NCBI GenBank assembly: GCA_030597375.1
Contig: JAUVRX010000002.1
Span: forward strand, 1,015 to 65,014
Direction: 5' to 3'
Source: Acidobacteriota bacterium
GTDB taxonomy: Bacteria > Acidobacteriota > Thermoanaerobaculia > Multivoradales > JAHEKO01
DNA length: 64,000 bases
Shown: positions 57,724 to 64,000 of the stretch, one piece after another
Layout of the letters: each line of letters begins with the position of its first letter
How positions within the stretch are numbered: position 1 is the stretch's first letter
The notes under the pieces: generated by a model
What the model saw: the letters and a program-made list of their open reading frames with translations, nothing else
Database searches by the model: none
What the model was told of the DNA's origin: nothing
Program-made: the position numbers and the translations under genes

Positions 57724-58502
57724 GCGACCTGCTGGCGGCGACGACTCTCTGGAATCGCGAGGTGGTGCGATTTCTCCGTCAGCCGGCTCGGGTCCTGGGA
57801 GCGGTGGGTATGCCGCTGCTTTTCTGGGCGCTCATCGGCAGCGGGCTATCGAGCACATTCCGGCTGCCGGGCGGTCCGGAGGATCTGGACTATCTGGAGT
57901 ACTTCTTTCCAGGGACGATCGTGATGCTGATCCTGTTTGCCGCGATCTTCTCCACATTCTCGGTGATCGACGATCGCAACGAGGGATTTCTCCAGGGAGT
58001 TCTGGTGGCGCCTGTCAGGCGTTCGGCACTGGTCGCCGGAAAGGTCCTGGGAGGAGCGACCCTTGCCTGGGTGCAGGGCATGCTATTCCTGGTGCTGGCG
58101 CCGGTGGCCGGTATCCATCTGAGTCTGCGATCCGGCCTTCAGGTCGCCGGCGTGGTGGCTCTGATGGCCGTGGCCCTGACCGCCTTCGGCTTCGCCTTTG
58201 CCTGGCGGATGAACTCCACCCAGGGTTTCCATGCGGTGATGAACCTGGTTCTGATGCCGATGTGGTTTCTGTCCGGAGCGATCTTCCCCCTGTCAGGGGC
58301 ACCGGGATGGCTCGGCTGGGCGATGCGGCTGAATCCGCTGACCTACGGTATGGCGGCGCTGCGCCGGGTGATGTACGGTGATCTGTCCCTGTCAGAACAG
58401 AGCTTGCCTCCATTGGGCCTTTCCTTGACTGTGATGGTGATCTGGGCGGCAGTGGCTCTGGCGGTGGATGTGTGGCTGGTGCGAAGGGGAGGATCGCCTT
58501 GA
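57720..58502 (+). CDS. ABC-2 type transporter permease
   Basis: 260 aa with about 6 TM helices. Its GTG start overlaps the ATPase stop (GTGA). Confidence 0.85.
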   Translation: MSDLLAATTLWNREVVRFLRQPARVLGAVGMPLLFWALIGSGLSSTFRLPGGPEDLDYLEYFFPGTIVMLILFAAIFSTFSVIDDRNEGFLQGVLVAPVRRSALVAGKVLGGATLAWVQGMLFLVLAPVAGIHLSLRSGLQVAGVVALMAVALTAFGFAFAWRMNSTQGFHAVMNLVLMPMWFLSGAIFPLSGAPGWLGWAMRLNPLTYGMAALRRVMYGDLSLSEQSLPPLGLSLTVMVIWAAVALAVDVWLVRRGGSP

Positions 58503-58522
58503 ACGAGGAGAGCGGCAGGGCC

Positions 58523-59146
58523 ATGCGTCGGGCGTTACTCTGGGGCTTCCTGGTCGCGGTCATCCTGGCGATCGTCGTGACTGCTCTGATGGCTCCCAGT
58601 TGGCGAGGCGAGAGCGCCGATGAGATGCCTCCAGAGCTCGGTCATGTACCCGGTTTTCTGCTCGTCAACAGGGATGGGAGGCAGATCGACAATGCCGAGC
58701 TCACGGGGTCTCCATGGGTAGCGGATTTCATCTTCACCCGCTGTGCTCTGAGCTGCCCGCGCATGACGGAGCGCATGCTGGGCCTGGAGAAGATGGTACC
58801 CGGTGGAGTCCGAAGAGTCTCTTTCAGCGTCGACCCGGAATACGATTCGCCGCAGGTACTGCAGCTCTACGCCGAATCCTGGGGCATCACCGACCCCGAA
58901 TGGCTATTCCTGACCGGCGAGAGAGAGACCATCCGCCGTCTGGTCACGGGAGGTTTCAAGCTGGGTCTGGATGACGAGCCTCCGCCAGGTTCTGCCAGCC
59001 CGGACGAGCCCATCCTGCACAGCACACGATTCGTCCTGGTGGACGGTGCGGGAATCATCCGCGGCTACTACGATGCCTTCCGTCCCCAGGAGCTGAACAG
59101 GTTGGCTCGCGACTATCGAGCAGTGGCGGCCGCGGCCTCGGGCTAG
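58523..59146 (+). CDS. SCO1/SenC family copper chaperone (second copy, N-terminal anchor)
   Basis: The sequence begins MRRALLWGFLVAVILAIVVTAL. The CxxxC motif is FIFTRCALSCPRM, followed by HSTRFVLVD. An alternative TTG start lies at 58499. Confidence 0.85.
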   Translation: MRRALLWGFLVAVILAIVVTALMAPSWRGESADEMPPELGHVPGFLLVNRDGRQIDNAELTGSPWVADFIFTRCALSCPRMTERMLGLEKMVPGGVRRVSFSVDPEYDSPQVLQLYAESWGITDPEWLFLTGERETIRRLVTGGFKLGLDDEPPPGSASPDEPILHSTRFVLVDGAGIIRGYYDAFRPQELNRLARDYRAVAAAASG

Positions 59147-59208
59147 TCGGGTTGGATTCGGAGACTTTGAGCAGCGATCCCATGCAGGCAACTGGAGGGT
59201 CATCAGAC

Positions 59209-59754
59209 ATGTCTACGACGCGATCAAGGGCCGAAGCGCAATCCTGGTTGGCGGCGATACACGGCATGAGGGTCGGGGTACTGCTTTCGCTTCTGACCCT
59301 GCTTCTAGGATTCAGCCTGGGTGGGATCTTCGGGCTGTTCGAGGAGCGACTCAAACAGGGTTTCGAGAAGGCGGCTCTTGCGACGCTGGCAACCGCGGCC
59401 GATCCGCCAAGCGCCGCCGAGAAACTCGTCGGAAAGTCGTGGAGTTATTTGAAACGGTCTCACCTGCACGCCAACGGCCTGGGCACGTCGGCTCTGGCGA
59501 TGATCCTCCTGGTGGCTGGCATGACCGCTGGAGCCGGCTTGAAGCGCCTGACGGCCTATCTGCTGGGACTAGGGGCCCTGGGCTACTCCACCTTCTGGAT
59601 GCTGGCGGCCTTTCGGGCTCCTGCCCTCGGCACCACGGACCTGGCGAAGGAGTCGCTGACCTGGTTGGCCATTCCGACTGTGACGTGCTGCCTCACAGGT
59701 CTCGTGTTGGTGCTTGGAATGGTGGTGAGAACGCTCTTCCGAAGATCCGCCTGA
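59209..59754 (+). CDS. Hypothetical 4-TM membrane protein
   Basis: A hydrophobic ORF tightly following the SCO gene (5-60 nt gap, depending on start). I recognise no family. Alternative starts lie at 59152 and 59182. Confidence 0.6.
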   Translation: MSTTRSRAEAQSWLAAIHGMRVGVLLSLLTLLLGFSLGGIFGLFEERLKQGFEKAALATLATAADPPSAAEKLVGKSWSYLKRSHLHANGLGTSALAMILLVAGMTAGAGLKRLTAYLLGLGALGYSTFWMLAAFRAPALGTTDLAKESLTWLAIPTVTCCLTGLVLVLGMVVRTLFRRSA

Positions 59755-59769
59755 GCGCCAGGCCCACGG

Positions 59770-62070
59770 TCAGTCCAGATACCCCAGGGCTTCCAACTGT
59801 TCCTCGAGCTCGGTGTCCATCTCCTCGACCGGGCCCGGTTCGGGCGACTCCCGGAGCAGCTCACGGTTGAGAGCGACCTGACGTTGCAGCATCTGGCGCA
59901 GGAGCAGAGCGCGCATCGGCAGCTCTCCTGAAAGATCCTGGGTCTCAGCTGGATCGTTCTCGATCTGATAGAGCCGACTCTGGTCCGTGAGAGGATCGAA
60001 GAGGATCTTCCATGGACCTGTCTGGAGCATCTGCTGGGGCCGGGGCGGCTGCCGGTAGCTGGCTGTGCCTCGCGTGGTCGCCGACAGTGCCTCCTGGCGA
60101 CTCGCCGATTCGAAGACGATGGGCAGCAAGCTTCGGCCCTGGAAGCCACCCTTCCTTTCGGGTAGGGCGAGACCGTCGACCAGGGTCGGAACGATATCGA
60201 CCAGGCTGACTGGCTCCATCACCAGAGCCTCGAAGCCAAGCACCCTGCCTGGCCACTTGATGACCAGGGGCACGTGGAGGAACTCTCGGTGGAGCATGCG
60301 AGAGTGGAGGAAGCGACCATGTTCCAGGAAGGCTTCGCCATGATCCGACAACAGGATGATCAGGCTGTCGTCGTAGCGCCCCGCGGCGTCGAGCATTGAC
60401 AGCAGGCTGCCGACCTGTGCGTCGGCGCAGGCGGCATTCTCGTCGTAGCGATCCCGAATGTAGCGGCGGTCCTCCTCGGTGAGCTCCCCGGGATCGCGCC
60501 GCTTCGGGAAACTGTTGAGGAAAACCGCATCCGGCTCGATCGGACCTGTGTACCAGGAGCTGTAACGGCCTCGGTGTGGAGGTGGAGGGGTGTAGGGGGT
60601 GTGGGGGGGCATCAGATGCACGAAGGCGAACGTCGGGGCCGTCTGGGAAAACAGCTGCTCTTGCGATGGCAGGGCTCTGTAGTCCTGAAAGCCCGGGCGG
60701 TAGAACTCCTGAAACCCCCGTTTCAGATCAGCCTGTTGCTTGTAGAAAGGGTGTTGGGTCCACAGCACCGTGCGGTATCCGACCTTTGCCAGCAGCTCGG
60801 CGATGGTCTCGATCCCTGCAGGCAGCCGACTTCCCCAGGGACCGACACCCAGGGTGTCCGGGAGCAAACCGGTAAGGATCGACGACACGGACTGGCCGGT
60901 CCAGGACGAGGTGGCGAGTGCCTCTCCGAAACGGGTGCCGTCCGAGGTGAGGCGCTCGGTGGCGGGAGTCGGACGGTCACCACCGAAGGCAGAGAAGGCG
61001 TCGGCGCGTGCCGCGTCGAGCATGATGACCAGGACATCAGGACGCCCCAGCCGGCCCGAAGAAGGTGCCTGCAGTCGACGAATCGGCTCGATGTCGAGCG
61101 CTCGAGTCTGGCCAGGTGGACCTTCTACGACCGCCCAGCGCCAGGAGACCAGGGCGTTCCCCGGTCCGCCGACGCCCAATTGGAGACGAACCATCTGCCC
61201 CTGCCACGCACTGAGATCGATGTCGAAGTCGTGGTCGCCGTGGGCATCGGTAACCCGTTCCTGGGCGATAGTGTGCTTGCGGAGCTCCTCGTCCAGAAGT
61301 GTCGCGTAGACCAGGACGGGCTCGATGTCTGCACCGGGTGGGCGCTGAACCTGGAAGCGGGCCCTCAGGCGGGCACGCTCGGGGAGATCGGTGACAACCG
61401 CGAGCCAGCCCGGCGAGGGCATCTGAATGGTGCTGAGATCGGACAGGGAATCCGGATCGCGGACCAGCGAGATGTCGGTGGGTCGCTGCGGCCACAAGGC
61501 CCGATGGTTGGCCGCGAAGAATCTCAGATCGCGGACCCTGGGTCTCAGGCCGTGGCGCCATCTTGGAGCCTTGTCGGGCCGTGGAAATCGAAGCTCCAGA
61601 AGGTTGCGTCCCGTGCGGATGCTGCCGCCGGGAATCTCGACTCGATGACGCTGCCACTTTCGGGTCAGAGGCAGGCCGGTCATGGGTCTACCGTTCAGGC
61701 TCAATGCCAGGGGGGTCTGCTTGAGCGGCCCTTTGCCGACCGCCGAGATCTCGATCTCGAGTGCTTCGGTGTCTCCATCGGCCGAGAAGAAGAAGAGCCG
61801 AGCAACCTGTTCGTGCATCTCGAAGGCGGCTCGAGCGGGATCGTCGGCATGCACCTGGTGCCATCCATAGCCGAGCCTCGCGAGGCCTGATCTTCGGGGA
61901 GCGGAGATCAGGTCGGTGGTGACGTTGCCGCTTTGGTGCCACACCTCTCGAGAGAAGTCCAGCCAGATCCTGTCTGAAGTCGGGGGGTGGTCGCTACAGC
62001 CGACGAGTGTCACCGACAGGGTAGCGAGGCATATGGGAAGCAGTGATAGCCGGTGAGCGGTCAGGAGCAT
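59770..62070 (-). CDS. Alkaline-phosphatase-superfamily 'sulfatase-like' lipoprotein with a large N-terminal domain of unknown function
   Basis: The ATG at 62070 gives a lipoprotein signal, LLPICLATLSVTLVGC. The C-terminal half reads PDVLVIMLDAARADAFSAFG...ATSSWTGQSVSSILTG...LLSDHGEAF, a sulfatase fold without the C/S-x-P-x-R motif. Confidence 0.8.
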   Translation of the reverse strand: MLLTAHRLSLLPICLATLSVTLVGCSDHPPTSDRIWLDFSREVWHQSGNVTTDLISAPRRSGLARLGYGWHQVHADDPARAAFEMHEQVARLFFFSADGDTEALEIEISAVGKGPLKQTPLALSLNGRPMTGLPLTRKWQRHRVEIPGGSIRTGRNLLELRFPRPDKAPRWRHGLRPRVRDLRFFAANHRALWPQRPTDISLVRDPDSLSDLSTIQMPSPGWLAVVTDLPERARLRARFQVQRPPGADIEPVLVYATLLDEELRKHTIAQERVTDAHGDHDFDIDLSAWQGQMVRLQLGVGGPGNALVSWRWAVVEGPPGQTRALDIEPIRRLQAPSSGRLGRPDVLVIMLDAARADAFSAFGGDRPTPATERLTSDGTRFGEALATSSWTGQSVSSILTGLLPDTLGVGPWGSRLPAGIETIAELLAKVGYRTVLWTQHPFYKQQADLKRGFQEFYRPGFQDYRALPSQEQLFSQTAPTFAFVHLMPPHTPYTPPPPHRGRYSSWYTGPIEPDAVFLNSFPKRRDPGELTEEDRRYIRDRYDENAACADAQVGSLLSMLDAAGRYDDSLIILLSDHGEAFLEHGRFLHSRMLHREFLHVPLVIKWPGRVLGFEALVMEPVSLVDIVPTLVDGLALPERKGGFQGRSLLPIVFESASRQEALSATTRGTASYRQPPRPQQMLQTGPWKILFDPLTDQSRLYQIENDPAETQDLSGELPMRALLLRQMLQRQVALNRELLRESPEPGPVEEMDTELEEQLEALGYLD

Positions 62071-62222
62071 GGTCGGTGAGATTTCGCAGCCGGAAGTGTC
62101 GGGTCCTGGCGGAGATGGGCCGGGCGATGCTAGCACGCGTTCCGAGGAGTGCGGGGGTGGTAGCCTGTGCCTCTCCCATCGGATCTGGGCGTTGACAACG
62201 ATGTCTCGAGGAGGATGATCCC

Positions 62223-63395
62223 ATGTTGGATTACTCGATGAAGTTCAGGACTCTGGACACCAACCTGCTGCACGCAGGAAGGCCGCAGCCTCATATCGAG
62301 GGGGCCGTCGTGACCCCTATCTTCCAGTCGGCGAACTACCTGATGGGCGAGGAGGCCACCTACGACGCGGTGCGTTACATCCGTTTGAGCAACTCGCCGA
62401 ACCACCACACTCTCCAGGCCCGTCTGGCGGCTGCCGAATCGGCCGAGTCTTCTCTTCTGACGGCCAGCGGCATGGCGGCCATCTCCACCGCGATCCTGTC
62501 CCATGTGCGGAGTGGTGAGCACCTTCTGACGCAGCGCACGCTCTACGGCGGGACCCAGAGCTTTCTCGATCAGGATGCGTCCAGGCTCGGCATCACCCAC
62601 ACCTCGATCGATGTCGCTGATCCGGAGGGCGCCCGCTCGTGGGAACGGGCCCTGACTCCGCAAACCAGGTTGATCTTCGTGGAGGCCATCTCGAATCCTC
62701 TGATGGAAGTCGGTGATCTGGAAGCCGTTGTGGCCTTCGCTCGCGGCCACGGTCTGGTGTCGGTGATCGACAACACCTTTGCGACACCGGTGAATTTTCG
62801 ACCGTTCGAATTGGGGTTCGACCTGGTGGTTCACAGTGCCACCAAATACCTGAATGGGCACAGCGATCTGGTTGCAGGGGTGGTGATCGGCTCCGCCGAT
62901 GCGGTGGATCGGGTGCGCCATCTGTTGCTTCATCTAGGCGGATCGCTCGACCCCAATACCTGCTTTCTCCTGGAGCGGGGTCTCAAGACCCTTGCTCTGC
63001 GGGTCGACAGGCAGAACGACACGGCTGCCAGGCTGGCTCGGTTCCTCGAAGATCAGCCCTCGGTCCGACAGGTCAACTACCCCGGTCTCGCGTCCAGTCC
63101 GGGCCATCGCTACGCTCGTCGACTCTTCTCGGGCTTTGGAGGCATGCTCTCGTTCTACCTGCTGAACGCCGGGTTGGCCGAGCGTTTTCTGGAACGGGTG
63201 ACCCTGGCGATTCACGCCGCCAGTCTGGGAGGTGTGGAGTCCCTGGTCGTCCGTCCGGCGCGGAGCTCGCACCTGGGTCTCGAACAGGCAGAGCGAGACC
63301 AACTGGGTATCACCGACGATCTGGTTCGGGTATCGGTGGGAATCGAGGATGCGGAGGAGCTGATCGCTGATTTCGAGCGGGCCCTGACCGGTTGA
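62223..63395 (+). CDS. Cys/Met-metabolism PLP-dependent enzyme (cystathionine gamma-synthase/beta-lyase/methionine gamma-lyase family)
   Basis: The sequence contains VVHSATKYLNGHSDLVAGVV (the PLP lysine) and ends LVRVSVGIEDAEELIADFERAL. Confidence 0.9.
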   Translation: MLDYSMKFRTLDTNLLHAGRPQPHIEGAVVTPIFQSANYLMGEEATYDAVRYIRLSNSPNHHTLQARLAAAESAESSLLTASGMAAISTAILSHVRSGEHLLTQRTLYGGTQSFLDQDASRLGITHTSIDVADPEGARSWERALTPQTRLIFVEAISNPLMEVGDLEAVVAFARGHGLVSVIDNTFATPVNFRPFELGFDLVVHSATKYLNGHSDLVAGVVIGSADAVDRVRHLLLHLGGSLDPNTCFLLERGLKTLALRVDRQNDTAARLARFLEDQPSVRQVNYPGLASSPGHRYARRLFSGFGGMLSFYLLNAGLAERFLERVTLAIHAASLGGVESLVVRPARSSHLGLEQAERDQLGITDDLVRVSVGIEDAEELIADFERALTG

Positions 63396-63435
63396 GCCGT
63401 GCCGGTAGGCTCGACAGAGAGGAGAGGTCGAAAGA

Positions 63436-64000
63436 ATGGTGAACCGATGTGACTGGCCCGGCAGCGATCCGCTGATGGTCGACTATCACGACCAGGAGTG
63501 GGGGGTGCCGGTGCATGACGACCGCAAGCACTTCGAATTCCTGGTCTTGGATGGTGCCCAGGCCGGGCTCTCCTGGGCTACTGTCTTGAAGAAAAGGGCA
63601 CGCTACAGGGAGGTCTTCGATGGGTTCCGGCCCGAAATCGTAGCCACCTATGGTGATACCAAGGTCGCAGAGCTACTTGCCGATCCTGGCATCATCCGCA
63701 ACCGACTCAAGATCCAGTCGGCGATCCGGAACGCGCGGGCTTTCCTGGAGGTGCAGGGCGAATTCGGCAGCTTCGATGACTATATCTGGCAGTTCGTCGA
63801 CGGCCGACCTCGGATCAACCGCTGGGTGACGATGGATCAGATTCCAGCCAGCACCCCTCAATCGGATGCCATGAGCGAGGATCTCAAGCAGAGGGGCTTC
63901 AACTTCGTGGGTACTACCATCTCCTATGCCTACATGCAGGCTGCCGGAATGGTGAACGACCACGTGGTCAGCTGCTTTCGGTATTCGGAGCTGGCCGGTT
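63436..64000 (+). CDS. tag: DNA-3-methyladenine glycosylase I (3' end outside the window)
   Basis: This ORF is not in the track because it runs off the window. The ATG at 63436 gives MVNRCDWPGSDPLMVDYHDQEWGVPVHDDRKHFEFLVLDGAQAGLSWATVLKKR...NDHVVSCF. Confidence 0.88.
   Translation, partial: MVNRCDWPGSDPLMVDYHDQEWGVPVHDDRKHFEFLVLDGAQAGLSWATVLKKRARYREVFDGFRPEIVATYGDTKVAELLADPGIIRNRLKIQSAIRNARAFLEVQGEFGSFDDYIWQFVDGRPRINRWVTMDQIPASTPQSDAMSEDLKQRGFNFVGTTISYAYMQAAGMVNDHVVSCFRYSELAG

Noticed and set aside
62192-62220. TTGACA followed 17 nt later by ATGATC, just upstream of the PLP-enzyme gene.
   Set aside because: The -10 is poor. The transcript would start practically at the RBS or ATG, so this is probably a chance TTGACA.

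Overview
This is a GC-rich bacterial chromosomal segment. By eye I found no rRNA, tRNA, CRISPR array, transposase, integrase or phage gene. All calls rest on reading the supplied translations and the DNA, with no database search. About two thirds of the window is an aerobic respiratory super-cluster:
- an 11-gene nuoABCDHIJKLMN operon (547-11075, +) with no nuoEFG, preceded by the 3' end of a MidA/NDUFAF7-like methyltransferase;
- a minus-strand operon (44413 down to 32015) encoding Alternative Complex III (actABCDEF plus a small ActG-position protein), an SCO copper chaperone and a caa3-type oxidase (subunits II, I, III, IV);
- a plus-strand Rieske / split b6-type cytochrome b operon ending in a 978-aa octaheme cytochrome c (48402-53766);
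- an amicyanin-like cupredoxin lipoprotein;
- ctaA-ctaB, an ABC-2 exporter pair, a second SCO protein and a small membrane protein (54871-59754).

Between these modules lie envelope and housekeeping genes:
- an ECF sigma factor, a ZAS anti-sigma factor, a cysteine-less thioredoxin-fold protein, an M23 peptidase, a GHMP sugar kinase and a PEGA protein;
- ogt, a beta-eliminating lyase, mltG, ruvX, a thiolase and lptD;
- a gmd/rmd-like pair, a phytol-kinase/DUF92 fusion and several small DUF proteins;
- a LysE exporter, an Asp/Glu racemase, an orphan pilin, a HEAT-repeat protein, a Crp/Fnr regulator and a cytochrome c;
- a methyltransferase, a sulfatase-like enzyme, a Cys/Met PLP enzyme and tag.

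I did not find a clear, self-contained novel multi-gene system such as a defence island, mobile element or BGC. The observations I consider most worth follow-up are:
- the octaheme cytochrome with a long coiled-coil stalk;
- the ctaAB-ABC2-SCO cofactor-assembly cluster;
- the MidA-nuo linkage;
- the VTE5/VTE6-like fusion;
- three well-spaced sigma-54 -24/-12 elements in front of non-respiratory genes;
- a Pho-box-like direct repeat;
- an in-frame TAG that truncates the rmd-like gene.

The gene content is Acidobacteriota-like, but that is only an impression.
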